A stretch of 64,000 nt of DNA from Escherichia coli O127:H6 str. E2348/69 (GCF_000026545.1 NC_011601.1), one strand, 5' to 3'. Counted from the stretch's first letter, positions 1-9,998 are shown. Notes: a model not told the origin generated them from the sequence alone. Numbers and translations: made by a program.

Positions 1-60
1 TTAAGCGAAGTCATCCACGAAGCAGCAATGGCCTTGAATAATAAAGCATTACACGGATAA
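1..60 (+). CDS. Possible 3' end of an upstream gene truncated by the window edge (frame 1 ends ...LSEVIHEAAMALNNKALHG, stop at 58-60)
   Basis: Open frame from position 1 to TAA at 58-60, 21 nt before the RBS/ATG of the next gene; too short to identify; a different frame also ends at 39-41. Confidence 0.25.
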   Translation, partial: LSEVIHEAAMALNNKALHG

Positions 61-81
61 CACATACCACTGAGGGAATAT

Positions 82-1251
82 ATGAATTTACATGAGTATC
101 AGGCCAAATCGTTACTGGCTGGCATGGGGATGCCGTGTCCAAAAGAGATAGCCATCCAACAGATTTCGCAACTGGCAGATGCCTGGCAACATATTGCTTG
201 CCCGAGTAAAGGCGCGGTACTTAAAGCGCAGGTACATGCTGGTGGGCGCGGTAAAGCTGGCGGCGTAAAAGTGCTTAAGCAGCTGCCGGAAGCACAGGCT
301 TTTGTACAGCAAATGTTGGGATCGCAACTGGTGACTTATCAGACCGGGCCAGAAGGACAGTATGTCAGCAGTATTTTACTGTGCGAAAACATTTATCCGG
401 TACGCCAGGAACTCTATTTTGGCATGGTGGTGGATCGTGAAAGCCAGCGGGTCACGTTTATTGTCAGCCCGGAAGGTGGTGTGGAAATTGAAAAAGTCGC
501 CCATGAGACACCGGAGAAAATCAGCAGTGTCAGCATTGATCCACTGACAGGCGTGCAGCCTTGCCATATCCGAGAAATGTTTGCTGTTCTGCAACTGGAA
601 CACGGACTATTTGCTGCCTTTAGTCGCCTGGTTAATCAGGCGTGGAAAGCCTTTAACGAACTGGATTTTGCCCTGCTGGAAATTAACCCTCTGGTGTTGC
701 GGGAAACGGGCGAATTTATGTGTGCAGACGCGAAAGTATCGCTGGATGATAACGCGCTGTATCGTCACCCGGAACTCCAGGTGCTACGTGATGAAACCCA
801 GGAAGATCCACGCGAAAGCCAGGCAGCGAAGCTTGATCTTAATTATGTCTCGCTGGACGGAAATATCGGCTGCATGGTCAATGGTGCAGGGCTGGCTATG
901 GCAACCATGGACATCATCAAGCTATACGGTGAACAACCCGCAAACTTCCTGGATGTTGGCGGTGGCGCAACCCAGGAGCGCGTCAGTGAAGCCTTTCGGC
1001 TGATTGTTTCCGACGGCAAAGTGAAAGCCATTCTGGTTAATATTTTTGGTGGGATTGTCCGTTGCGACATGATCGCCAGAGCCATTATTCATGCTCTGAA
1101 TGAGGCCCGTATCACCCTGCCTGTCGTGGTGCGTCTCTCCGGTAATAACGCTGCCGAAGGGCAGCGGTTACTGGCAGAAAGTGGCCTGACGGTGGAAGCC
1201 GTCAATTCTCTGGATGATGCCGCTAAACGCATCATTGCGTTACTGAATTAA
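82..1251 (+). CDS. Succinyl-CoA synthetase beta subunit paralogue (ADP-forming, SucC-like), accessory island
   Basis: 389 aa; N-terminus MNLHEYQAKSLLAGMGMP is the classic SucC start; ATP-grasp-like sequence throughout; GAGGGAA RBS upstream; immediately followed by a SucD-like gene. Confidence 0.9.
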   Translation: MNLHEYQAKSLLAGMGMPCPKEIAIQQISQLADAWQHIACPSKGAVLKAQVHAGGRGKAGGVKVLKQLPEAQAFVQQMLGSQLVTYQTGPEGQYVSSILLCENIYPVRQELYFGMVVDRESQRVTFIVSPEGGVEIEKVAHETPEKISSVSIDPLTGVQPCHIREMFAVLQLEHGLFAAFSRLVNQAWKAFNELDFALLEINPLVLRETGEFMCADAKVSLDDNALYRHPELQVLRDETQEDPRESQAAKLDLNYVSLDGNIGCMVNGAGLAMATMDIIKLYGEQPANFLDVGGGATQERVSEAFRLIVSDGKVKAILVNIFGGIVRCDMIARAIIHALNEARITLPVVVRLSGNNAAEGQRLLAESGLTVEAVNSLDDAAKRIIALLN

Positions 1252-1263
1252 CAGGAGGTTAAG

Positions 1264-2136
1264 ATGAGCGTTTTGATCAACAAACACACGCGGGTACTGG
1301 TGCAGGGCATTACCGGCAAAAACGGCACATTTCATACAGAGCAGGCTATTGCGTATGGCACGCAGATTGTGGGTGGAGTGACGCCAGGTAAGGGCGGGCA
1401 ACGGCATCTGGATCGCCCGGTTTTTGATTCAATGAAAGAAGCGATGCGACAAACTGAGGCTGATGCCAGCGTGATTTATGTGCCTGCACCGTTTGTGCTG
1501 GATTCTGTTGTTGAGGCTATTGAAGCTGGCGTCAAATTGGTTGTGGTGATCACTGAAGGTGTACCGACACTGGATATGGTGAAAGTTCGTCGGCTGCTTG
1601 ACTGCCACCCGGATGTGCGGCTGATTGGGCCAAACTGCCCAGGAGTTATCACGCCGGGTGAGTGCAAAATCGGGATTATGCCTGGTGAAATCCACCGCCC
1701 AGGGCGTATTGGGATTGTTTCCCGCTCCGGTACATTAACCTACGAAGCTGTAGCGCAAACCACGGCGCTGGGACTTGGGCAATCCACCTGTATTGGTATT
1801 GGCGGCGATCCGGTTCCGGGGACTAACTTTATTGATGCGCTGCGTTTATTCGAAAATGATCCGCAAACAGACGCGGTAATTATGATCGGTGAAATTGGTG
1901 GTAATGCGGAAGAACGGGCCGCGGAATTTATTCGTCATGAAATGAATAAACCGGTCGTAGGTTATATTGCCGGTGTTACTGCACCAAAAGGAAAACGCAT
2001 GGGACACGCCGGAGCCATTATTTCTGGCGGTAGCGGCAGTGCGGAGGATAAATTCCGGGCGTTCGATAAAGCAGGCATGGCATGGACACGAAATCCAGCA
2101 TTACTTGGCGAAACGTTATGGAATGTTATTAAGTAA
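1264..2136 (+). CDS. Succinyl-CoA synthetase alpha subunit paralogue (SucD-like)
   Basis: 290 aa; CoA-binding N-terminus ([15 protein letters not shown]) and phospho-histidine loop GHAGAII; AGGAGG RBS at 1254-1259; 12 nt after the beta subunit stop. Confidence 0.9.
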   Translation: MSVLINKHTRVLVQGITGKNGTFHTEQAIAYGTQIVGGVTPGKGGQRHLDRPVFDSMKEAMRQTEADASVIYVPAPFVLDSVVEAIEAGVKLVVVITEGVPTLDMVKVRRLLDCHPDVRLIGPNCPGVITPGECKIGIMPGEIHRPGRIGIVSRSGTLTYEAVAQTTALGLGQSTCIGIGGDPVPGTNFIDALRLFENDPQTDAVIMIGEIGGNAEERAAEFIRHEMNKPVVGYIAGVTAPKGKRMGHAGAIISGGSGSAEDKFRAFDKAGMAWTRNPALLGETLWNVIK

Positions 2137-2153
2137 TCCATAAATGAATATCA

Positions 2154-2179
2154 AGGGAGCATATCGCTCCCTTTTTTTA
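2154..2179 (+). terminator. Rho-independent terminator after the sucCD-like pair
   Basis: GC hairpin (GGGAGC...GCTCCC) followed by a run of seven T. Confidence 0.55.
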
Positions 2180-2212
2180 TCTGTGTGGTAAGGGAATCAT
2201 CTTTTAATAACT

Positions 2213-2230
2213 GTGCGGAAAACCGCGCAT
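2213..2230. promoter_or_regulatory. Palindrome TGTGCGGAAAACCGCGCA, candidate enhancer (UAS) for a sigma-54 activator
   Basis: Near-perfect inverted repeat about 65 bp upstream of the sigma-54 -24 element at 2292; sigma-54 activator sites are typically palindromic and upstream. Confidence 0.3.
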
Positions 2231-2291
2231 AAAATAAAAAGGATAAATAGCTAACTCATTAAATAACAAAGCGTTATTAAAAAATTAAAGA

Positions 2292-2307
2292 TGGCATAGC
2301 TCCTGCA
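2292..2307 (+). promoter_or_regulatory. Sigma-54 (RpoN) -24/-12 promoter, TGGCAT-N5-CTGCA, for the transporter/dehydrogenase genes
   Basis: GG at 2293-2294 and GC at 2305-2306 with exact 10-nt spacing; about 40 bp upstream of the transporter start; a sigma-54 activator is encoded nearby (4921-6279). Confidence 0.55.
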
Positions 2308-2347
2308 ATAGCCAGGCAGGTTTTTTATTTTTCACAATGAGGTGAAT

Positions 2348-3847
2348 ATGTCATCAATATCCCATGGCGCACCACAAAAGCGTCGAATTATCCCTAATCC
2401 CGGCCTGTGGTTGGCGATCATTGCCGGAATTATTATTACCCTTCTGCCACTGGGCGATACCTTGCCCGTCGCCGGACAAAATATGATCGCCATTCTGGTG
2501 TTTGCCATTATTGTCTGGATCAGCGAAGCGATGGATTACACCGCCAGTGCAATTGTTATTTCCGCACTGATTATCTTTATGGTTGGTTTTGCCCCGGATA
2601 TGAATCACCCGGACACGATCCTTGGCACCGCGAAAGCGCTGAAAATGACTCTGTCGGGTTTTTCTAATTCTGCTCTGGCGCTGGTGGCAGCAGCAATGTT
2701 TATCGCGGCGGCAATGACCATTACCGGGCTGGATAAACGCATTGCGCTGTTTACTATGTCGAAAATAGGTGCCAGCAGCCGCAGCATTATTATCGGTGCC
2801 ATTGTGGTGACCATCGTCCTGAGCCTGGTCGTACCCAGTGCCACTGCCCGTACGGCTTGCGTGGTGCCGATTATGATGGGGGTCATTGCGGCATTTAAGG
2901 TGGATAAACATTCACGTTTAGCGGCGTCAATGATGATTGTTATCGCCCAGGCGACCAGTATCTGGAAAGTTGGTATTCAAACTTCGGCGGCGCAAAACCT
3001 GCTTTCTATCGGTTTTATCAATAAAACTTTCGGCGCCGGGCATTCTGTCAGCTGGCTTGACTGGCTGTTAGCGGGCGCGCCCTGGAGCCTCACCATGTCG
3101 GTGATCCTCTATTTCCTCGCACGTAAATTGTTGCCGCCAGAAACGGAAGCTGTTGAAGGGGGGAGCGAGGCCATTAAAAAAGCACTCGCAGAGTTAGGGC
3201 CAACCACCGGTAAAGAAAAACGCTTGATCGGTATTTCGCTGTTGTTACTGCTCTTTTGGTCTACTGGCGGAAAATTGCACAGTATTGATACCACCTCTGT
3301 CACCCTTGCCGGACTGGCGATTATGTTGCTGCCAGGCATCGGTGTAATGAGCTGGAAAGAGGTCGAAAAACGTGTGCAGTGGGGCACGTTGCTTATGTTT
3401 GGTATTGGTATCAGCCTGGGGTCCACGTTGCTTGATACACAGGCAGCTTCATGGATGGCGAACTATGTGGTGAAAGGTTTTGGTCTCGATGGCTTGCCAT
3501 CATTAGCCATCTTCGCGATTCTCGCCGCTTTCTTGATAATCATTCACCTGGGGTTTGCCAGTGCCACTGCGCTAACTGCCGCATTGCTGCCCATCCTGAT
3601 TAGCCTGTTAAGCAGTCTGCCGCCAGAACTCGGCGTTAACCCGGTCGGCATGACCATTCTGCTCGCCTTCAGTGTCAGTTTTGGCTTCATCCTGCCGATT
3701 AACGCGCCACAAAATATGGTGTGTATGGGTACGGATACCTTCACGCCACGCCAGTTTACCCGTGTGGGACTGTACCTGACGGTGATCGGCTACCTGTTGT
3801 TGCTACTGTTTGCCGCCACCTGGTGGAAAATTTTAGGTCTAATGTGA
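2348..3847 (+). CDS. Anion transporter, probably divalent anion:Na+ symporter (DASS/CitT-like) family; candidate alpha-ketoglutarate/dicarboxylate importer
   Basis: About 499 aa, highly hydrophobic with many predicted TM helices; ATG at 2348 preferred over in-frame GTG at 2342 (AGG RBS at 2340-2342); family assignment from overall resemblance, not a search. Confidence 0.75.
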   Translation: MSSISHGAPQKRRIIPNPGLWLAIIAGIIITLLPLGDTLPVAGQNMIAILVFAIIVWISEAMDYTASAIVISALIIFMVGFAPDMNHPDTILGTAKALKMTLSGFSNSALALVAAAMFIAAAMTITGLDKRIALFTMSKIGASSRSIIIGAIVVTIVLSLVVPSATARTACVVPIMMGVIAAFKVDKHSRLAASMMIVIAQATSIWKVGIQTSAAQNLLSIGFINKTFGAGHSVSWLDWLLAGAPWSLTMSVILYFLARKLLPPETEAVEGGSEAIKKALAELGPTTGKEKRLIGISLLLLLFWSTGGKLHSIDTTSVTLAGLAIMLLPGIGVMSWKEVEKRVQWGTLLMFGIGISLGSTLLDTQAASWMANYVVKGFGLDGLPSLAIFAILAAFLIIIHLGFASATALTAALLPILISLLSSLPPELGVNPVGMTILLAFSVSFGFILPINAPQNMVCMGTDTFTPRQFTRVGLYLTVIGYLLLLLFAATWWKILGLM

Positions 3848-3858
3848 GGAAACCAACG

Positions 3859-4932
3859 ATGTCATTACAAATTGCTGTTGAAAAAGTGCGTTGGTTAGCT
3901 GCCGGGCTGCTGGAACTTAATGGCTGTGATGCCGATATCGCTCAGGATGTGGCGGAACATATGATTGAAGCGGAACGTTATGGTTTTGCCAGCCACGGCG
4001 TCACGCTGCTACCGAAATATCTGGAAAATATCGCTCGTGGCGATGTAACCGCGAATGCCCGCCCGGAATGCTTAACAAGTGAAGGTAATTTACAACGTTT
4101 TCATGCCCACAATGGCTTTGGTCAACACGCCGGAAAAGTGGCGGTAAATGCTGCCATCGAACAAACAAAACACCGCGGTTTTTGCCTGTTAACGTTGTGC
4201 CATGCGCATCATTTAGGGCGTATGGGGCATTACGGGCAAATGGTTGCTGATCAAGGCCTGGCGATGCTGGCCATGAGTAACGTCACCGGGCGTCCGGCAC
4301 TGGTCGCCCCGTGGGGCGGTGCGGAACCGCGTATGACCACTAACCCTTTCTGCTTTGCCTGGCCGTTCAGTGATGGGCGTCCGCCGATTCTGGTTGATTT
4401 TGCCACCAGTAGCATGGCGCTAAATAAAGCACGGGTAATGTCGTCCACCGGGAAGCAGGCCGCGCCGGGACAATTGATCGATGCACAGGGGAATCCAAGC
4501 AATGATCCTGGGGTGTTATTCAGCAATCCTCCAGGGGCGTTACTGCCATTTGGTGAGCATAAAGGATTTGGCCTGGCACTGATGATTGAAATGATGGCGG
4601 GGATCTTATCTGGTGGTGACACGATCGCCGAAGATCATCAGACGGATGGATCTGCGCATAATCATCTTTTTGCGTTGATTATCGATCCTGATCAATTCAC
4701 CGATCTGGCAGGGGAGAAAGGGCAGTTCTTTGCGGATTATCTGTTAGCTACGCAGCCTCAACCTGGCGGCAATCCGGTGATTTACCCCGGTATGCCAGAA
4801 GCTGCCAACCGGGAACGCAATGCGAAGATGATTACGATCCCGGTATCATTCTGGTCCTGGGTAGTTGAACATTACGCCCGCAAAGGTATCGATTTGGGGT
4901 TACATCCTCAGGAATCAGCATTAGCTGGATGA
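3859..4932 (+). CDS. Ldh2-family (malate/L-lactate/ureidoglycolate dehydrogenase-like) NAD(P)-dependent oxidoreductase
   Basis: 357 aa from ATG 3859, with GAGGAA RBS 9 nt upstream and 11 nt after the transporter stop; the track ORF 3721-4932 has an N-terminal extension overlapping the transporter and is rejected; conserved HGxxxxPKY-type region (FASHGVTLLPKY). Confidence 0.75.
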   Translation: MSLQIAVEKVRWLAAGLLELNGCDADIAQDVAEHMIEAERYGFASHGVTLLPKYLENIARGDVTANARPECLTSEGNLQRFHAHNGFGQHAGKVAVNAAIEQTKHRGFCLLTLCHAHHLGRMGHYGQMVADQGLAMLAMSNVTGRPALVAPWGGAEPRMTTNPFCFAWPFSDGRPPILVDFATSSMALNKARVMSSTGKQAAPGQLIDAQGNPSNDPGVLFSNPPGALLPFGEHKGFGLALMIEMMAGILSGGDTIAEDHQTDGSAHNHLFALIIDPDQFTDLAGEKGQFFADYLLATQPQPGGNPVIYPGMPEAANRERNAKMITIPVSFWSWVVEHYARKGIDLGLHPQESALAG

Positions 4933-6279
4933 TTCTGGTCGATAAACTTGCGGTTGAATCTGATGTTTGTTGAGTTTGTCATATAAAGTCTTGCGCGGCA
5001 GCTGTAATAGCCGCGCTGTCAAACTGACCTGGCCTTCCGTTTGTCGCAGCATATCTTCGATTAACTTTTTCTCGAAAGCATCAATGCAGGCGGTAAGGCC
5101 ACTCTCTTCTTGCTGAGTCATTGGTACTGGCTGGTGGTGGGTCAGTAAACCGAGAACAAAACGCTCTGCATTGTGTTTAAGTTCACGTACATTGCCAGGC
5201 CAACTTTGTGACTGCAACCAGGCCAGTAACATGGGAGAAATATCAGGCAGAGGACGATTATATTTTTGTGCCGCCTGACTGGCGAACCAGTAAAACAGTT
5301 CAGGGATATCTTCTCGTCGTTGGCGTAGAGGTGGAATATTCAGGCTAACCACATTCAGACGATAATAGAGATCGAGACGAAACAGATGTTCTTCGCTGCG
5401 ACGCAGTAAATCTTCCTTGGTCGCTGCAATAACACGGCAATTCACCGGAATTAATTGATTGGCACCTAATCGTTCAATGGTTCTTTCCTGCAATACACGT
5501 AGCAGTTTTACCTGCATTCCTGATGGCATTCCCTCTATTTCATCGAGAAATAACGTACCACCATTTGCATGTTCAATTTTTCCAATACGCTTTTTAACCG
5601 CACCGGTAAATGCGCCCGCCTCATGACCAAATATTTCGCTTTCAAACAACGTTTCTGGTAAGCCTGCACAGTTTAAGGCAACAAACTGCCCCTGACGGCG
5701 GGTACTCCAGTGATGCAGCATTCTGGCGACGACTTCTTTACCACAACCTGTTTCACCATAAATAAGGACATCGGCACCGGTATCTGCGACATTAAGGATC
5801 ATTTTACGCAGTTGTTGCATCTGCGGACTACGACCAATCAGCACCGGGCCATTTTCCTGTTGCAGATTCGCCAGTAATTGCTGATTTTCTAAAACCAATC
5901 GCCGTTTTTCTACCGCTCTGGCAATAATACTCAATAATTTATCTGAGCTACTTGGTTTCTCAATGAAATCGAATGCACCATTACGCATGGCATCCACCGC
6001 CATTTCCACGTCACCGTGTCCGGTAATTAAAATAACCGGAATTTTGCTATCCATTTCGTTGATGTAACTGAGGAGCTCTAGTCCTGATATTCCAGGTAAC
6101 CTGACATCGGTCAGTATAATAATGTTGGCCTGACTTTGAATAAGGGGAATACTGTGTTCTGCATCGCAACAGGAAATAACACGATAACCAGCCAGCGTGA
6201 GCGTTTGTTCACAGGCAAAACGTACATCGTCACTATCCTCAATATAAACTATAGTAATTTCACTGGATTTATTATTCAT
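4921..6279 (-). CDS. kguR: Sigma-54-dependent response regulator (NtrC family: receiver + AAA+ sigma-54 activator + HTH); consistent with KguR
   Basis: 452 aa; receiver domain with conserved D (IIILTDVRLPG); Walker A GETGCGKE; GAFTGA sigma-54 contact motif; C-terminal HTH; stop overlaps the 3' end of the convergent dehydrogenase gene. Confidence 0.8.
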   Translation of the reverse strand: MNNKSSEITIVYIEDSDDVRFACEQTLTLAGYRVISCCDAEHSIPLIQSQANIIILTDVRLPGISGLELLSYINEMDSKIPVILITGHGDVEMAVDAMRNGAFDFIEKPSSSDKLLSIIARAVEKRRLVLENQQLLANLQQENGPVLIGRSPQMQQLRKMILNVADTGADVLIYGETGCGKEVVARMLHHWSTRRQGQFVALNCAGLPETLFESEIFGHEAGAFTGAVKKRIGKIEHANGGTLFLDEIEGMPSGMQVKLLRVLQERTIERLGANQLIPVNCRVIAATKEDLLRRSEEHLFRLDLYYRLNVVSLNIPPLRQRREDIPELFYWFASQAAQKYNRPLPDISPMLLAWLQSQSWPGNVRELKHNAERFVLGLLTHHQPVPMTQQEESGLTACIDAFEKKLIEDMLRQTEGQVSLTARLLQLPRKTLYDKLNKHQIQPQVYRPESSS

Positions 6280-8092
6280 GTTCTTCTCCCCATTCAGGCC
6301 AGGTTAATGTCATTACTGCGCCGCCTTCAGGATGATTACTGGCGTGGAGTGCGCCGTTCGAATTTCGGACAATTTCGCTGACTATTGCCAGTCCCAACCC
6401 CATTCCTCTACGTTTAGTGGTAAAAAATGGTTCAAATATGCGATCGACAACTTCAGGTGCAAAACCGCCACCGCTGTCTTTAATGGTAATAATAACTTTG
6501 TTATTTGCCTGGCGAATGGCGATATCCAGTCGTTTGTAAGAGCTACCTTCCATAGAATCTAAGGCGTTGCTAATTAAATTACTGAATATCTGTTCAAGAC
6601 CGAGCTCATCGCAATTGACAAATAACGGCATGGATGGGGCTTTTATTCGTCGCTCAATATTATTTTTCTCCATGCTGTGATTAAGTAACGCCACGGCGCT
6701 ATACATCACTTTGATGACATCGGCAGAACCTTTAGGTACGCGATGGCGCGAGGCAAATGCTTTAAGTTCGGAAATGAGCTGCGTCATCCGCTCAATCACT
6801 GAAATAATGTGTTTCAGATTCTGTTCAACCTGCGGATACATCTCTTTTTTTAGCATAGTACGCGCGTTATCAGTAAGTGCGTGAATGGCGGCTAACGGTT
6901 GATTTTGTTCATGGGCAATTTCGGTTGCCATCTGTCCAAGCGCCGCCAGTTTGCTGGACTCTGCCAGTTCACTACGCGTAATTTGTAATACTTGTTCAGC
7001 CTGACTGCGCTCTTTTATCTCCTGTATTAATTTTTGATTGATCAATTCCAGGGCAGATGTACGCTCTTTAACCTGTTTCTCTAATGTTTCATTCGCCAGT
7101 GTTAATAATTGTTGTGCATGAGATCGCATTCTCCAGTATTTAATAAATAACAAAAACAGCAGGTAAATAATTAGCGTAATGACTAACGAAATAGCCCATG
7201 ACCAGTACAGGTTATCTAAGGGGACCATAATTGTCATTTTCCAGTTAAATTCTGGAATGGCTATTTGTTGCGTATAATATTGCGGGAATAAACAGAGTTG
7301 TTCTTTTTTATCTTTCAGGAAAGTAAAATTGCTCACGGTATAACAGGGATAATAATCCGCCGGTAAAAGATTGTCGAGACTATATTGGCGGGTAGATTGT
7401 AGTTTTTGTTTTGCCTGAACAGGTAACGGTTGCAGTGTTCGCATTCGCCATGGCGATTTTGAACTTAAAAATATAATCCCATGTTCATCATTCACGATAA
7501 TATTTTCAGGACCTTCGGCCCATGCTTTTTCAATTTCATTAAGACTTATTTTTACTACTACAACACCGACAATTTTTCCTTTATCTTTTATACTTGTAGA
7601 GAGGAAGAATCCCGGTGTATTCGTAGTGCTACCAATACCGTAAAAGCGTCCATTTAAGCCAGACATGGCGTGTTTATAATAGGGGCGATAGCTATAATTT
7701 TGCCCTACATAGCTGCCGGGGTCCTGCCAGTTGCTAGAAGCGATGGCCTTACCTTGGGTATCCAGAATAAATATTGCTGCGGTTTTGAGTTGAGTATTGA
7801 AATGTGCAATTCGTTGATTGAGTTCGCTGGACATCATATCGTCAGGCGTAATTACCGCCTGACGGATGATATGGTCTGTTGAGAGCATATAGGGTAAAAC
7901 ATAAAATTGCTCGATGGTGGAATATAATGTGGACTTATACATTTCAAGCCGCATTTTATCGGTACCGGACAAGGTATTAAAACGCAAGTGCAAAAAAGCG
8001 ATTGAAACCGCGAGCATGATAAGAAAAAGTGAAATGCTTGTAATGTGAAATCGCCATTTGTTCTTAAATATATAATTCCACGATATTTTCAT
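6272..8092 (-). CDS. kguS: Membrane sensor histidine kinase with periplasmic sensing domain; consistent with KguS
   Basis: 606 aa; two TM segments flanking a roughly 260-aa periplasmic region; H-box (ATEIAHEQNQPL) and HATPase_c motifs; 8-nt overlap with the downstream regulator gene. Confidence 0.8.
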   Translation of the reverse strand: MKISWNYIFKNKWRFHITSISLFLIMLAVSIAFLHLRFNTLSGTDKMRLEMYKSTLYSTIEQFYVLPYMLSTDHIIRQAVITPDDMMSSELNQRIAHFNTQLKTAAIFILDTQGKAIASSNWQDPGSYVGQNYSYRPYYKHAMSGLNGRFYGIGSTTNTPGFFLSTSIKDKGKIVGVVVVKISLNEIEKAWAEGPENIIVNDEHGIIFLSSKSPWRMRTLQPLPVQAKQKLQSTRQYSLDNLLPADYYPCYTVSNFTFLKDKKEQLCLFPQYYTQQIAIPEFNWKMTIMVPLDNLYWSWAISLVITLIIYLLFLLFIKYWRMRSHAQQLLTLANETLEKQVKERTSALELINQKLIQEIKERSQAEQVLQITRSELAESSKLAALGQMATEIAHEQNQPLAAIHALTDNARTMLKKEMYPQVEQNLKHIISVIERMTQLISELKAFASRHRVPKGSADVIKVMYSAVALLNHSMEKNNIERRIKAPSMPLFVNCDELGLEQIFSNLISNALDSMEGSSYKRLDIAIRQANNKVIITIKDSGGGFAPEVVDRIFEPFFTTKRRGMGLGLAIVSEIVRNSNGALHASNHPEGGAVMTLTWPEWGEEHE

Positions 8093-8272
8093 TCATCATC
8101 CATTGAATGCATTTATATTTATCATCAGTATATTCCCTGAACAATGTTTGCGAGAACCAAAAGAGTGCCATTGTGTGAATGTGTAAGCAGAATAACCGTG
8201 GCAATGTGTGGTTTATCGCACAGGTATTCCAAATGTGATCATGCTCTTTTTATGTGACAAATCCGCAGATAA

Positions 8273-9082
<810 letters not shown>

Positions 9083-9087
9083 CAGAG

Positions 9088-9124
9088 CGGGAGAGCGTAA
9101 TACTCTCCCGAATGCTGTTTTTTT
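9088..9124 (+). terminator. Rho-independent terminator after aphA
   Basis: Hairpin CGGGAGAG...CTCTCCCG followed by a T-run. Confidence 0.6.
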
Positions 9125-9192
9125 AATCACACCTTTATCCTTTCGCTGTCTTGCTGCAAACTGATTAAGAGAGTTTTATCAAGGAGCAGCAC

Positions 9193-9609
9193 ATGTGGTA
9201 TCAAAAGACGCTCACGCTTAGCGCCAAATCTCGTGGGTTTCATCTGGTAACGGATGAAATTCTGAATCAGCTGGCTGATATGCCGCGCGTTAACATCGGC
9301 TTACTGCATCTGTTGCTGCAACATACCTCCGCCTCTCTGACACTTAATGAGAACTGCGATCCCACCGTACGCCACGACATGGAGCGTTTTTTCCTCCGCG
9401 CCGTTCCCGATAACGGAAATTATGAGCATGACTATGAGGGAGCAGACGATATGCCTTCTCATATCAAATCCTCAATGCTGGGAACATCGCTTGTATTGCC
9501 GGTGCATAAAGGGCGTATTCAGACCGGCACCTGGCAAGGCATCTGGCTGGGGGAACATCGCATCCACGGCGGATCGCGTCGCATCATCGCGACACTACAA
9601 GGGGAGTGA
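9193..9609 (+). CDS. yjbQ: UPF0047 family protein YjbQ
   Basis: 138 aa, recognised sequence and K-12 position. Confidence 0.85.
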   Translation: MWYQKTLTLSAKSRGFHLVTDEILNQLADMPRVNIGLLHLLLQHTSASLTLNENCDPTVRHDMERFFLRAVPDNGNYEHDYEGADDMPSHIKSSMLGTSLVLPVHKGRIQTGTWQGIWLGEHRIHGGSRRIIATLQGE

Positions 9610-9612
9610 AAA

Positions 9613-9969
9613 ATGACCATTTCGGAGTTGCTACAATATTGCATGGCAAAACCAGGCGCAGGACAGAGCGTGCATAACGACTGGAAAGCGACGCAGATCA
9701 AAGTGGAAGATGTGCTGTTTGCGATGGTGAAAGAAGTAGAAAATCGCCCAGCTGTTTCGCTGAAAACCAGCCCGGAGCTGGCGGAGCTGCTACGTCAGCA
9801 GCACAGCGATGTGCGTCCAAGCCGCCATCTGAATAAAGCGCACTGGAGCACCGTGTATCTCGACGGTTCGCTGCCGGATTCGCAAATCTATTATCTGGTG
9901 GATGCGTCTTATCAGCAGGCGGTGAATTTGCTGCCGGAAGAAAAACGTAAATTGCTGGTGCAACTCTGA
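9613..9969 (+). CDS. yjbR: Conserved protein YjbR (MmcQ/YjbR family)
   Basis: 118 aa, 4 nt after yjbQ; K-12 position. Confidence 0.85.
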   Translation: MTISELLQYCMAKPGAGQSVHNDWKATQIKVEDVLFAMVKEVENRPAVSLKTSPELAELLRQQHSDVRPSRHLNKAHWSTVYLDGSLPDSQIYYLVDASYQQAVNLLPEEKRKLLVQL

Positions 9970-9975
9970 AAGAAG

Positions 9976-9998
9976 AAGGCCGCTCTGAAAGCGGCCTT
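9976..9998. terminator. Bidirectional terminator hairpin between convergent yjbR and uvrA
   Basis: Perfect hairpin AAGGCCGCT-CTGAA-AGCGGCCTT. Confidence 0.55.

Noticed and set aside
3721-3858. N-terminal extension of the dehydrogenase ORF in the track (MYGYGYLHATPV...)
   Set aside because: It overlaps the last 127 nt of the transporter gene in another frame; ATG at 3859 has a proper RBS and follows the transporter stop directly
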